Below, piece after piece: positions 31,174 through 41,375 of a stretch of DNA of 64,000 nucleotides. The stretch is from the NCBI GenBank assembly GCA_964586015.1, contig CAZPHK010000001.1, positions 25,081 through 89,080 on the forward strand. The letters run 5' to 3'. Each line of letters starts with the position of its first letter. Position 1 is the stretch's first letter. This stretch comes from an uncultured Acidobacteriota bacterium (GTDB taxonomy: Bacteria > Acidobacteriota > UBA6911). Both the position numbers and the translations under genes were made by a program. The notes under the pieces were generated by a model, which worked only from the letters and a program-made list of their open reading frames with translations, was not told the origin of the DNA and searched no databases.

Positions 31174-32268
31174 CTACTCATAGCTCAACGCCCGGACTGG
31201 ATCCATTCGGGCCGCTTTGTAGGCCGGGTAAATGGCGCCCAGAATTCCGGCCAGCATCCCCAGGATCAAACCGATCATCAATTCCCTGGGCCCCATGGCC
31301 ACCTGCAATAGCGGAAACTGACTAATGATCAGCGCTCGTATGATTTCACTGATGCCGATTCCAACAATGGCGCCTAAACAGCATATAATAGCAGATTCTT
31401 TTAAGATTATTCCAACTATAAATCTACGGGAGGCCCCCAGCGATTTTAATATCCCGATTTCCCTTGTACGTTCAAAAATCGTTGTATACATGGCAAGAAG
31501 GATAACCATGAAGCTCAGAAGCATGGAAATCACAATAATCGTAATGCGCAATTCCTTCAATCCCGGCAGGTTCATATTGGCCATCAGGGATTGGGGATCG
31601 TCTGAACGCATGATGGAATAACCCGGAAACTGCTCCGACAAAAGCGACTGGACATGGTCGAGATCCGCGCCGGGTTCCGCCTTGATGAACATCATACTCA
31701 CCTTCCCGGGGGATCCGTTCAGTTCCTGCAGAGTCTGCAAAGGCAGGAAAATCCGTACGGCCGTTCCGGGGCGGCAAATGCCCGTGACGGTAAATTCATG
31801 GTCTCCCTGAAGTTTATGGATCATGCCGACCTTTAATTTGTTTGCTTCCGCATAGTACTGGTCGACGATGACATCGAAGCCGTGCAGCGAACCGCTGCCT
31901 TTCACAATTTCAAGTCCGCCGGGAAATTTATTATAGCTCTCCGGATCAATTCCGAACACCACACCGAGTTTTTCGGCCTTCGCAAGCACCGGGGAGACTA
32001 TCTCCACTCCGGGCACCTCCCGGATTTTTTCGGCCAGCTTTACATTCAGGTTTGCGGTACTGAAAGCAAAAAGCGCGGTGGCTCCTTCCTTCTGAAGGAT
32101 GAAATCGGATCCAATGGAAATAGTGCGGTTCAGGTAATCGTTTAACGTTCCCGTGATAATGCCGCCGATTGTCAAAAGTAAAATAACGCCCAGTGCTACG
32201 GCAAGAACGCTGATGGCGGCGCGGGTAGGACGGGATTTAATATTTGCGGCAATAAGATTTTCCATCAA
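31174..32268 (-). CDS. ABC transporter permease, FtsX/LolC/LolE-like
   Basis: 364 aa. N-terminal TM (AISVLAVALGVILLLTIGGII), a periplasmic domain of about 200 aa, and a C-terminal three-TM FtsX domain (IISMLLSFMVILLAM..., ILKSLGASRRF). Confidence 0.75.
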   Translation of the reverse strand: MMENLIAANIKSRPTRAAISVLAVALGVILLLTIGGIITGTLNDYLNRTISIGSDFILQKEGATALFAFSTANLNVKLAEKIREVPGVEIVSPVLAKAEKLGVVFGIDPESYNKFPGGLEIVKGSGSLHGFDVIVDQYYAEANKLKVGMIHKLQGDHEFTVTGICRPGTAVRIFLPLQTLQELNGSPGKVSMMFIKAEPGADLDHVQSLLSEQFPGYSIMRSDDPQSLMANMNLPGLKELRITIIVISMLLSFMVILLAMYTTIFERTREIGILKSLGASRRFIVGIILKESAIICCLGAIVGIGISEIIRALIISQFPLLQVAMGPRELMIGLILGMLAGILGAIYPAYKAARMDPVRALSYE

Positions 32269-32284
32269 AGAGACATTACCCCAC

Positions 32285-33178
32285 TTATTTAAAACGTATC
32301 ACTTTAACGCCCTCAACAGGCTCAAGGCTGAATGTGTCATCCCTGAAAACAGAATTGACCACCCAGTCTTTTATTTCCAGTTCAAGAGTATACCCATCCA
32401 GGGGACGTTCAATATTTATTTTTCGCGGAAGTGCATATTTATCGATTTCTACCGGATCCGAATAGTGAATATCGCTCACAATCTGGCCGTCGTCGTTAAA
32501 TATTCTCTGCCTTGAAATTGTCAGTCCGGCCCGTTCGATCCAGAATTGCCTGAGAGACAGGATGCGGGGGGAGGAACCGATACTGTTAACGGTCAAAACG
32601 TAATATTTCGCCTGGGTGTCTTCTTCTTCTATCACTGCATAGCCCAGGTCGGAATCATCCAGAGGGATGGGTTCGGGAAAGATGGCTTCGAAAATATGGC
32701 CGGCGCGTATGGGTATTTCCGTATCTTCTTCCAAATCTTCCGAGATCAATTTCTCGGAACTGTTTTTTCCTATGTAGAATTTACGTCTGCCGTGAACCCA
32801 TACACGGAATTCGTCCCCTTCGGAAACGAGGCTTATCTCTTTATTTTTGACGACAGGATTCTGTATCACCAGGCGCAGGGAATCCGGGCGCTTGAGCATA
32901 ATATACCCCGGTGCCCTGGGATACTTTTCAAGTTCAATCAGACTTCCTTCCTTTTTCTCGGAAGTATATTCCGCTTTGATGTTGCCGGCTTTCAACGTCT
33001 GGATCCCGTCCAGTCCATTCACGATATGAAGCAGTTCGGCCGGAGTTGCGCTTCTGGCCTGAAGGATCGCCTTGGGAACCTTGATCGTCGTCCTTTTCTT
33101 ACAGCCGGTGCAACTTGCAACGGCTGCAACCAGTAGAACAGCTAATCCGAAAGATATGTTTGTTTTATTATAGGCCAC
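32285..33178 (-). CDS. lipoprotein, LolA/LolB-like outer-membrane lipoprotein-sorting fold (tentative)
   Basis: 297 aa. Lipobox AAVASC-TGC after a signal peptide. First gene of the minus-strand Lol-like cluster. Confidence 0.35.
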   Translation of the reverse strand: MAYNKTNISFGLAVLLVAAVASCTGCKKRTTIKVPKAILQARSATPAELLHIVNGLDGIQTLKAGNIKAEYTSEKKEGSLIELEKYPRAPGYIMLKRPDSLRLVIQNPVVKNKEISLVSEGDEFRVWVHGRRKFYIGKNSSEKLISEDLEEDTEIPIRAGHIFEAIFPEPIPLDDSDLGYAVIEEEDTQAKYYVLTVNSIGSSPRILSLRQFWIERAGLTISRQRIFNDDGQIVSDIHYSDPVEIDKYALPRKINIERPLDGYTLELEIKDWVVNSVFRDDTFSLEPVEGVKVIRFK

Positions 33179-33300
33179 TGTAAGTATCTGTAATTTTTAG
33201 TTTTGTCTCGTCATATCAGAGCCCGCCATCAGGCGGGGTGAATCTAACAGAGTATGCCGGTCTTGTCAATAAACCGGGTATCGGTCCACTTTTTGGAGAT

Positions 33301-34005
33301 TCATTGCCGCCTGTTTTGTAAATGTTCCATCTCCTTTCCCCGTTTCTTCTTACGGATTTGAAAAGCAGCCGTGCCAATAATTGTCAATACAAGCACCGCC
33401 AGCAGGGCCGTACCCACCGCGTTTATGTTCTCCTGCAGAAATACCCTTACCGAGTTTCCATAAAGAACGGCCAGGATACCCCACATGGAATATCGGAAAC
33501 TCCTTCCGATGAAAACCGCAGCCAGAAATCTGGTCGGAGTCAGGCCGAACACTCCCGCGCTCAGAACAAATATTTTGAAAGGAAGCGGCGGGGGTAAGAC
33601 GCTGGGGATTAATACCGCCAGGATGCCGTATTTCCCGTATATTTTCTCTGCACGTTCGATTTTCTGAACGGAAAATTTTTTCTTCAGAATCGCACGCCCT
33701 CCCTTGCGTCCGACTGTATAAAGAAGAAGACACCCTATAACGGAACCGGCGACCGTCAGGCAAACAAAATAGGCCATATTGCCCCATGATCCGCCTGTCG
33801 AAAGAATAACGATCAGCAGATCGTTCCCTTCCGGGAAACTCAAGAAAGAGGAATCGGCAATAGCGAGCAACAGGACGGCTACCCCGCCATACCCGGAAAA
33901 AAATTCGGTGATTTGGCTGCCCAGCTTAATTAACCAGGAGGATTCGCCGATGAGTAACATATGGATTAAATGCGCGAGTGGCATGGCTAAAATATATAAT
34001 ATCAA
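33301..34005 (-). CDS. DedA/TVP38-family (VTT domain) membrane protein
   Basis: 234 aa. DedA-like motifs F.GYGG.AVLLLA..DSSFLSFPEG....V and the ...GR..G...L... loop GRKGGRAIL. Confidence 0.7.
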   Translation of the reverse strand: MILYILAMPLAHLIHMLLIGESSWLIKLGSQITEFFSGYGGVAVLLLAIADSSFLSFPEGNDLLIVILSTGGSWGNMAYFVCLTVAGSVIGCLLLYTVGRKGGRAILKKKFSVQKIERAEKIYGKYGILAVLIPSVLPPPLPFKIFVLSAGVFGLTPTRFLAAVFIGRSFRYSMWGILAVLYGNSVRVFLQENINAVGTALLAVLVLTIIGTAAFQIRKKKRGKEMEHLQNRRQ

Positions 34006-34119
34006 GGCTTACAAGCAATTGACACATCCGCAGCAGGAAAGTAGAATGTAGCCTGATTACAAAAAGCAGGTCAGTATAAACCTTTAAAATGCTTTGTAAA
34101 TAAGAAATTACAGTTCGCG

Positions 34120-35007
34120 GTGGCGATAGACCTCAAACAGGAACGTGAAAAAAAGAAGATATCACTGGCTCAGGTGGCCTCCGATACCCGTATCAGTGCG
34201 CGCTATCTGCAATGTATCGAGGAAGGACGCTACGGCGACTTGCCCGGTGGAGTCTACAACAGGGCCTTCATAAAAGCTTACTGCGAAAGTATCAATCTTG
34301 ATCCACGCGAAGCTCTTGAGCATTACGACAGGCAGGTTTCCCCCTCAACCCCGGAAAAAAATCAAAAAACAGAATTACTTCCATCCAATCAGAGTTCTTT
34401 TTTTATCCCGATACCGATTCTCATCTGGAGCATAATGCTGCTGATTTCCGCCATCGGGCTTTTCTTCAGCAGGGCATGGATAGCCGAGCTTTTCGCACCC
34501 TATTTTGCCGATAAACCTGCGACCGAGGCCCAATATTCCGTCCCGCCTGCGCCCGGAACAAACTCGCGCTCTCCCGCTTCAGTTACCCCCACAGCAGCTG
34601 CTTCGGATTCGGCCGGTATGGACGATATTTCCACTACCACCGCAGTCACGGTTCTAAAAGCGGAACAAACCACCGCCTCCGAAGGACCGGCCACAGCCGT
34701 TGCGGAACCGTTCGGTTCCGATACACCCGTCGACGCAAAACTCCGTATGGATATTGTCGCAAAGGATTCATGCTGGATTTCCGTCGATGTCGACGGGCGA
34801 CCTGTAAGCCGCAGATTAATGGAGCCCGGAGAAGAACGGGTGTTTAATGCACGGGAGCGCCTTTTCATCCTTATTGGAAACGCAGGCGGAGTACAACTGA
34901 AGATCAACGGCAAACCGACAAAACCGCTTGGAGATCCCGGCGAGGTCATCAAAATGAACATCGATCTGGAAAACCTGCAACAGTTCCTAGATAAATCCGC
35001 GGGCTAG
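34120..35007 (+). CDS. rodZ: cytoskeleton protein RodZ-like (XRE HTH, TM segment, Pro/Thr/Ala-rich linker, C-terminal DUF4115-like domain)
   Basis: 295 aa. N-terminal HTH ISLAQVASDTRISARYLQCIEEGRYGDLPGGVYNRAFIKAY, a TM helix IPIPILIWSIMLLISAIGLFF, and a C-terminal CWISVDVDGRPV...LFILIGNAGGVQLKINGK. Confidence 0.65.
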   Translation: MAIDLKQEREKKKISLAQVASDTRISARYLQCIEEGRYGDLPGGVYNRAFIKAYCESINLDPREALEHYDRQVSPSTPEKNQKTELLPSNQSSFFIPIPILIWSIMLLISAIGLFFSRAWIAELFAPYFADKPATEAQYSVPPAPGTNSRSPASVTPTAAASDSAGMDDISTTTAVTVLKAEQTTASEGPATAVAEPFGSDTPVDAKLRMDIVAKDSCWISVDVDGRPVSRRLMEPGEERVFNARERLFILIGNAGGVQLKINGKPTKPLGDPGEVIKMNIDLENLQQFLDKSAG

Positions 35008-35010
35008 AAA

Positions 35011-36054
35011 ATGGCTCGAGACGACCTGCTCCAGACCTTACTTTCAGGGGAAGCACCCGCCAATGTCCGTAACGCCATAGCGCGCGGCATGGCACCGCTT
35101 TCGCCGGAAGATTCCTGCAGAGCCCTGGTGTTCCTGACGAAAGATACGGACCGTGAAATTGCGGCTTCCGCAAGGAAAACTCTCTCCAAAACGGACGAAG
35201 ATGAGATAATTTCCCAGCTGAAATCTCAAAGCTGCGATCCCCCGGTGATGAATTACTTCGGCATTACCAGCGGCTCCGAAACCATCCTAAAGGCCATTAT
35301 CACAAACCCTTCCGCACCGGGCCCCCTCATCGAATCTCTCTCCCTGACCCTGCGGCCTGAAATGCTTGTGTCCGTTCTGGACAACAGAGTACGAATCCTC
35401 GAATACCCCGGGATCTTGAGGAATATCAAATTGAATCCTCAGATCAATCAGGATATTCAACGCCTTGTTCATGAAATAGAAACAGAGTTTTTCGGGGATA
35501 AAAAAACGGAATATACCGTCGAGAAGCGTCCGGGGGTGGAACAGGCACCTTCCGCCATCCCCGACCTTGAATTCGAAATTCCCCCTGAGGATTTATCTCT
35601 TGACGGGCTCCCGGTGGACGATGAAACCCGCAATGCCGTATTAGGCGATAAGATATCCGGCCTTTCTTTTCGTGACAAGATCCGCTATGCCCTTTTCGGC
35701 AATCGCGAAGTTCGAGCCCTCCTGATACGGGATACCAACAAAGAAATTTCACGAATGGTGCTGCGCAGTCCGAAAATAACCGAGGCGGAAATCGAATCCA
35801 TTTCAGCGATGCGCGGAGTCGGAGAGGATATCCTGAGAGAAATCGGCAACAGCAAGGAATTCACCAAAGGCTATAACGTCGTGCACAATCTGGTCAGGAA
35901 TCCCAAAACCCCCCCGGCGATTTCCCAACGCCTGATCTTCCGTCTCCGCACACAACATTTAACGATGCTGACCCGCGACAGAAGTATTCCCGATGCCGTC
36001 CGTTTCAACGCGACTCGAACACTAACCCAACGTTCCAAAAAAGGATCTAAATGA
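35011..36054 (+). CDS. hypothetical repeat protein with recurring L..NP..P..L motifs
   Basis: 347 aa, starting 4 bp after the rodZ stop. Degenerate repeats: AIITNPSAPGPLIESL, ILRNIKLNPQINQDIQRL, VLRSPKITEAEIESI, LVRNPKTPPAISQRLIFRL. No known catalytic motif. Confidence 0.3.
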   Translation: MARDDLLQTLLSGEAPANVRNAIARGMAPLSPEDSCRALVFLTKDTDREIAASARKTLSKTDEDEIISQLKSQSCDPPVMNYFGITSGSETILKAIITNPSAPGPLIESLSLTLRPEMLVSVLDNRVRILEYPGILRNIKLNPQINQDIQRLVHEIETEFFGDKKTEYTVEKRPGVEQAPSAIPDLEFEIPPEDLSLDGLPVDDETRNAVLGDKISGLSFRDKIRYALFGNREVRALLIRDTNKEISRMVLRSPKITEAEIESISAMRGVGEDILREIGNSKEFTKGYNVVHNLVRNPKTPPAISQRLIFRLRTQHLTMLTRDRSIPDAVRFNATRTLTQRSKKGSK

Positions 36055-36542
36055 TGGACGTGCGGAATCCCGTCGAAGCGCCCCCGTCAGACTTTATAAA
36101 CAGATACAATAAAATAATGCACAAAAAAATTCTCGAGGTTTCCCAAAGAGCCGGCGATCTCAACGGGGGGCTTATCGAGATCTATCGAAGGGAAGTTCTG
36201 ACCCAAAAAACGCGCACGGTGCGCCTTTTAGGGGTAAAAAGCTCAGCGAACATTATTCAGACTCTTCTCGGTTATGAAGTACAGTCCATGCACAAGCGCA
36301 TCCATTGTCCCGATCTTGTTACGGCCAGATATTTGAAGATTTTTTCAGAACTTGGCTGTCATTCCATACGCCTGCCCTATGATCCCACCGTCACGGCCAG
36401 ATTGGTTCCGACCATGGAATCCGCTCTCCGGAGCATTTTGGATACCGTGGCCGGAATTTTTCCCAAAGACCTGAAGCGGAGGCAGTACGTAATTCAGAAG
36501 GTATTCACTATCTTGAGGAACGAACTCCGGAGTGCAGAATAA
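36051..36542 (+). CDS. hypothetical cytoplasmic protein
   Basis: 163 aa. Its start overlaps the upstream stop by 4 bp (ATGA), so it is probably translationally coupled. No recognisable motif. Confidence 0.3.
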   Translation: MMDVRNPVEAPPSDFINRYNKIMHKKILEVSQRAGDLNGGLIEIYRREVLTQKTRTVRLLGVKSSANIIQTLLGYEVQSMHKRIHCPDLVTARYLKIFSELGCHSIRLPYDPTVTARLVPTMESALRSILDTVAGIFPKDLKRRQYVIQKVFTILRNELRSAE

Positions 36543-36692
36543 ACGGCTCCCCGTTCAAGGTTCAGCGTTTCAAAAGGTTTCCCTGTGTGCGGAGAAATGC
36601 GGGGTAGACACGCTAAAATGTACAGAAATATCGTGAGAAATACGGGACGGTGACGGGAACCTTGAACGTTGAACCCTGAACGGAGAACGTAT

Positions 36693-37424
36693 TTATCTGT
36701 TGGCGGGAAGAACGTCTTCTCTCACAACTTCCAGGTTCTGGTCGGGCATTGCCAGTCGCACAAGCCTGTTGTCGCTGTCGACCGAAAAGGTGCCTGTCCG
36801 GAGTCCGACATACTCCATTTTAAAATTCTTTATCGGCAGATTGCCCCGGGCGTACGGCAGGTTCGACTCTCCAAGACAGGTTAAGGCAATCGGAACGTCG
36901 TTTCCGATGACGGGCATAAAATCCGAAAACAGCTGTCTTCCTTTAAGTTGAAAGTCATATTTCCTAACCAGGTAGTCGTATTGATAATAGACGTTAAAAT
37001 CCAGGACTACAGTATCGGGCTTCAAAGTTGACGTTACAACACTTGTTTCCCCTCCCCTGTGCAACGTACGCGTGATCTTGTCTCCGTCAAGGGTCATTTC
37101 ATAGGAATCACCCGTATCCCCCGTCAAATACTTATAAACATAAGATTTAATCTCCAACGATTTCTTTTTCAGCACCATGCGTGTCGTATAGGCCATCCGC
37201 TTCGTTTCAAGTCCGTCGGTAATATATATTTCGCTTTCGGACTCCGCAACGAGGTCTCCTTTGTCCCCAGTTTTCTCCTTAACAATCTCCTTCCCCGCTC
37301 GGGCGCCGTTTAGAAAAATGACATATTCCTGGGAGTAAGCGGTTTCTTCTTCACCGGCTGTCAGGTATCCGGCTAAACCGCACAAGGCAAGCATGAACAG
37401 AATGATTTTTCTTGTTGGAATCAT
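36693..37424 (-). CDS. hypothetical secreted protein
   Basis: 243 aa. Signal peptide MIPTRKIILFMLALCGLAGYLTAG, then a beta-rich body. Overlaps the hspR stop by 4 bp. Confidence 0.35.
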   Translation of the reverse strand: MIPTRKIILFMLALCGLAGYLTAGEEETAYSQEYVIFLNGARAGKEIVKEKTGDKGDLVAESESEIYITDGLETKRMAYTTRMVLKKKSLEIKSYVYKYLTGDTGDSYEMTLDGDKITRTLHRGGETSVVTSTLKPDTVVLDFNVYYQYDYLVRKYDFQLKGRQLFSDFMPVIGNDVPIALTCLGESNLPYARGNLPIKNFKMEYVGLRTGTFSVDSDNRLVRLAMPDQNLEVVREDVLPANR

Positions 37425-37795
37425 CGTTTGCTCCGTACAATCTTTGAACCGGGTACCCGCACCAATCCGTTCTGTATATTCCCGGCCATTTCATTGGACA
37501 CATGCTCTTGAACGAACGAAACCATTTCCTCTACCTGCTGCTGCAGTTTTTCCATTTTTTCCCGCATATTGAGAATAACTTCCACTCCGGCAAGATTCAC
37601 GCCGAGTTCACGTGTCAGCGTCAGAATAATTTCGAGTCTTTTCAGATCCTCGTTAGTGTAAAGCCGCGTATTGCCGTCACTTCTGGAAGGTTTCAGCAAT
37701 CCAAGTCTTTCGTAAAGACGAAGCGTTTGTGGATGGATCTGATAAGACTCCGCCACCGCGCTGATCATATAACCGGCTTTTTTTCGCGGACACAT
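37421..37795 (-). CDS. hspR: MerR-family heat-shock transcriptional repressor HspR
   Basis: 124 aa. MerR HTH (YQIHPQTLRLYERLGLLKPSRSDGNTRLYTNEDLKRLEIIL) sitting immediately downstream of dnaJ, which is the classic dnaK-dnaJ-hspR arrangement. Confidence 0.65.
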   Translation of the reverse strand: MCPRKKAGYMISAVAESYQIHPQTLRLYERLGLLKPSRSDGNTRLYTNEDLKRLEIILTLTRELGVNLAGVEVILNMREKMEKLQQQVEEMVSFVQEHVSNEMAGNIQNGLVRVPGSKIVRSKR

Positions 37796-37808
37796 ATCTC
37801 CACCTAAT

Positions 37809-38927
37809 TCAGTTGAGGCTTGATCTGGGATTATCGGGATTCAGGCGTGAGAATTCCCGCAAAATTTCTTTGGAGCGTTCATCGGCCACCTTCGGAATGA
37901 TGATGCGGACCTCGACAATCTGGCTTCCAACCTGCTCCCCTCTCAAAGAAGGCGCTCCTTTTCCCCTCATGCGAAATTTCTGACCGTTCTGGGTGCCGGG
38001 GGGAATTCTCAGCAAAGTCTTTCCATTGATCGTCGGAACTTCGATTTTAGCCCCCAGAGCTGCTTCGGTAACGGTTATCGGAACACTGCAAACGATGTCA
38101 TTTCCGTCCCTCCGGAAAAATTCATGCGGTCTTACTGAAATGATCAAGTAGAGATCGCCTGTACCGCCGCCGTTTTTCCCGGCATTGCCCTTGCCTGGAA
38201 CCCGCATCCTGTAACCGTTCGCCACTCCGGCGGGAATACGGACCGTAATACTTTCCTGTATCGGCGTGGTTCCCGTGCCTCTGCAGGTTTTACACCGCTT
38301 GCCGATTTTACCTGTCCCTCCACAGCTCCGGCATGTGTTCGAAAACCGCATGAATCCATGGGATTTTGCTTCCTGTCCGGAGCCCTGGCACCTCGGGCAT
38401 ACCTGCTGCTCGGTGGACGGTTCCAGCCCTGTCCCTCCACAGGCAGTGCAGGATTTATTGCGATTAAAAACCATGCGGGTGGACAAACCGTTGATGCTTT
38501 CCATAAAGGAGATATTGAGGTGGTGTTCAATATCCGCCCCTTTTATCGGTCCCGCATTTCTGCTCCTGGCCGATCCGCCTCCGAAAAACTCCGCAAAAAC
38601 GTCACGGAAACTGCTCTGTCCCGATTCACCGAAATCCATTCCCTCAAAATTGGTGAAACCGCCGGTAAAGCCTCTTCCCTGACCTTGAGGCGGTTCCTTA
38701 AAGTTTTCCGAATAGAATCCGTACTTGTCATACATAGCACGCTTTTTGGGATTGCTTAAAACATCGTATGCCTCCTGGATTGTTTTGAAGCGCTCTTCAG
38801 CCGATTTGTCGCCTGGATTCACATCGGGATGGTTTTTCCTTGCCAGCCGTCGGTAGCTTTTTTTTATTTCCGGCTCTTTTGCGTTTCTCGAAACGCCCAG
38901 AATAGCGTAATAGTCTTTATTCGGCAT
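37809..38927 (-). CDS. dnaJ: molecular chaperone DnaJ
   Basis: 372 aa. J domain ([12 protein letters not shown]...HPD), a Gly/Phe-rich region, and four CxxCxGxG zinc-finger repeats ([32 protein letters not shown]). Confidence 0.95.
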   Translation of the reverse strand: MPNKDYYAILGVSRNAKEPEIKKSYRRLARKNHPDVNPGDKSAEERFKTIQEAYDVLSNPKKRAMYDKYGFYSENFKEPPQGQGRGFTGGFTNFEGMDFGESGQSSFRDVFAEFFGGGSARSRNAGPIKGADIEHHLNISFMESINGLSTRMVFNRNKSCTACGGTGLEPSTEQQVCPRCQGSGQEAKSHGFMRFSNTCRSCGGTGKIGKRCKTCRGTGTTPIQESITVRIPAGVANGYRMRVPGKGNAGKNGGGTGDLYLIISVRPHEFFRRDGNDIVCSVPITVTEAALGAKIEVPTINGKTLLRIPPGTQNGQKFRMRGKGAPSLRGEQVGSQIVEVRIIIPKVADERSKEILREFSRLNPDNPRSSLN

Positions 38928-39128
38928 ACTTTAGAACACCATCGGTATCGGATACAATTTGGCCGGCGTTGATAATTGCGGGTCACGAACCAGGATGATT
39001 CCGACTACAATCAGAAATTCAGGTTTCAGTGTCTTTGTGGCCCTACCGAAGTCTTTTCCCCGTCGATATCACAGGGGAAAAGGCCGGGACTTACAAAATA
39101 CATCCTCGTTTCCCGGCCTTCCGACAAT

Positions 39129-41057
39129 TTATTCCTTCTTATCCATATCAACGTATTCCGCGTCGATCACTTCATCTTCCTTACTGCCGTCTTCAGGCGT
39201 ATTGCCGGATTCTCCGGCGGCGGCGCCTGCATCGCCTTGAGGATTGGCCTGTCCGGCCGTTTTCTGATACATAGCTTCTGCCAGCCGGTGTGATGCATGC
39301 GTTAATTCTTCGGCGGCGGCATTCAGGTCCGAGGCTTCCGTCGAGTTCTCCAGCGTGTTTTTGGCTTTCGAAAGAGCTTCGTCCAGGATTGCGGCATCCG
39401 TTTCCGAGATGGCTTCCCTGTTTTCTTTCAACATTTTTTCCGTATTGTAAACGAGGCTGTCGAGCTTGTTCTTGGCTTCAATTTTTTCCCTGTTTTTCTT
39501 GTCCTCATCCGCGTGATCCTGAGCGTCGTTCGTCATTCGATCGATCTCGTCCTTGCTCAAGCCGCTTGAAGCGGTTATGGTGATTTTCTGCTCTTTGCTC
39601 GTTGCCAGATCCTTTGCCGAAACATTCACGATTCCGTTGGCGTCTATATCGAAAGTCACTTCAATTTGAGGGACACCCCGAGGAGCCGGAGGAATGCCTA
39701 CAAGGTGAAATTTGCCCAATGTCCGGTTGTCTTTTGCCATCGCACGTTCTCCCTGTAGAACGTGAATTTCCACAGAAGTCTGATTGTCGGCGGCCGTTGA
39801 GAAAATTTCAGATTTTTTAGTCGGGATCGTGGTGTTCTTTTCAATAAGCTTCGTCGAGACGCCACCCAGGGTTTCGATCCCAAGCGACAACGGTGTGACA
39901 TCAAGCAGAAGCAGATCCTTGACATCCCCGGCAAGAACACCCGCCTGGATAGCAGCGCCTACAGCTACAACTTCGTCCGGGTTCACTCCCTTGTGCGGAT
40001 CCTTGCCGAAAAATTCTTTTACCATCTGCTGGACCTTTGGAATTCTCGTAGACCCGCCTACAAGCACTACTTCGTCAATATTTCCCGGCTTTAACCCCGC
40101 ATCCGCAAGCGCCTGTTTTACTGGAGCAATGGTTCTCTTAAGGATATCTTCAACCATCTGCTCAAATTTTGCCCGGGTCAGTTTCATGTTCAGATGTTTG
40201 GGGCCCGATGCATCCGCCGTTATGAAAGGCAGGTTGATTTCAGTTTCCATTACGGTCGACAGCTCCATTTTTGCCTTCTCGGCGGCCTCACGAAGCCTTT
40301 GCAGCGCCATTTTGTCCTTGGAAAGGTCTATTCCCTGGTCTTTGTTGAATTCGTTGATAATCCAATCCATCAAACAATGGTCGATATTGTCCCCGCCCAG
40401 ATGTGTATCTCCATTGGTGGATTTCACCTCGACCACGCCCTCTCCCACTTCAAGGATGGAAATATCAAAGGTGCCGCCTCCAAAATCGAAGACGGCAATC
40501 GTCTCGTCTTTCTTCTTGTCCAAACCGTAGGCAAGAGCTGCGGCCGTCGGTTCGTTGACGATACGCAGAACCTCCATCCCGGCAATTTTACCCGCGTCCT
40601 TGGTTGCCTGGCGCTGGCTGTCGTTAAAATAGGCTGGTACGGTAATTACGGCTTTTTCAATTTTTTCTCCGAGATACTCTTCAGCAGACTGGCGCATTTT
40701 CTGAAGAATCATTGCCGATATTTCCGGAGGACTATAGGATTTGTCCCCCATCTTGACCTTGACGTCGTTATTCGGCCCGGACTCTACCTTGTAGGGTACT
40801 AATTTGACCTCTTCCCCTACTTCGGATGTCTTGCGCCCCATGAATCTCTTTATCGAAAAAATCGTATTTTCCGGATTCGTCACCGCCTGTCTTTTCGCGA
40901 CCTGACCCACAAAGCGCTCATTGTTTTTCCCCATTGCCACTACGGACGGAGTCAGCCTGCTCCCTTCGGGATTGGTTATAACCTTTGGTTCGCCTCCCTC
41001 CATTACCGCAACAACAGAGTTCGTTGTACCAAGGTCAATTCCGATAATCTTGCTCAT
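39129..41057 (-). CDS. dnaK: molecular chaperone DnaK (Hsp70)
   Basis: 642 aa. [31 protein letters not shown] motifs and a C-terminal acidic tail. Confidence 0.95.
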   Translation of the reverse strand: MSKIIGIDLGTTNSVVAVMEGGEPKVITNPEGSRLTPSVVAMGKNNERFVGQVAKRQAVTNPENTIFSIKRFMGRKTSEVGEEVKLVPYKVESGPNNDVKVKMGDKSYSPPEISAMILQKMRQSAEEYLGEKIEKAVITVPAYFNDSQRQATKDAGKIAGMEVLRIVNEPTAAALAYGLDKKKDETIAVFDFGGGTFDISILEVGEGVVEVKSTNGDTHLGGDNIDHCLMDWIINEFNKDQGIDLSKDKMALQRLREAAEKAKMELSTVMETEINLPFITADASGPKHLNMKLTRAKFEQMVEDILKRTIAPVKQALADAGLKPGNIDEVVLVGGSTRIPKVQQMVKEFFGKDPHKGVNPDEVVAVGAAIQAGVLAGDVKDLLLLDVTPLSLGIETLGGVSTKLIEKNTTIPTKKSEIFSTAADNQTSVEIHVLQGERAMAKDNRTLGKFHLVGIPPAPRGVPQIEVTFDIDANGIVNVSAKDLATSKEQKITITASSGLSKDEIDRMTNDAQDHADEDKKNREKIEAKNKLDSLVYNTEKMLKENREAISETDAAILDEALSKAKNTLENSTEASDLNAAAEELTHASHRLAEAMYQKTAGQANPQGDAGAAAGESGNTPEDGSKEDEVIDAEYVDMDKKE

Positions 41058-41161
41058 TTCATTCCTCCTTCAGGATTCGAACCAAAATTTACAATTTGTC
41101 ATTAATGCCGTGTAATAAGCTCATCATTTTAGTGCCACTTATATATAGAATCTGAGTTGGT

Positions 41162-41188
41162 CATTGTCAATCTTCCCGAAGGACAATG
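41162..41188. promoter_or_regulatory. inverted repeat CATTGTC-N13-GACAATG upstream of dnaK (candidate operator)
   Basis: Perfect 7-bp arms seen directly about 105-130 bp upstream of the dnaK start. Does not match the Streptomyces HAIR or the CIRCE consensus, so its role is speculative. Confidence 0.2.
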
Positions 41189-41375
41189 TCCTGTTAAAAT
41201 GAACTTAATGCAAACTTTTTTGATCTTCTCCGTATAATTTCAGAGCAGAGGATAGTGCGACGGACCGATGGGAGGATCCGATTTTTCATGAACCGTTTTA
41301 TAGAATTATTCCATAAATGAACCAGGATAATGTCGGATTGTACGATCCAGCGGAGAGTCAAAGAATCCGGAAAAT

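Noticed and set aside
33215-33236. Hairpin CCCGCC-ATCA-GGCGGG downstream of the DedA gene as an intrinsic terminator
   Set aside because: The stem is short and on the transcribed (minus) strand it is not followed by a convincing U-tract.
41100-41160. CIRCE (TTAGCACTC-N9-GAGTGCTAA) or Streptomyces HAIR operator upstream of dnaK
   Set aside because: Only a weak half-site-like TTAGTGCCAC is present and there is no matching second arm. The presence of hspR argues for an HspR operon, but the canonical HAIR sequence is not there.
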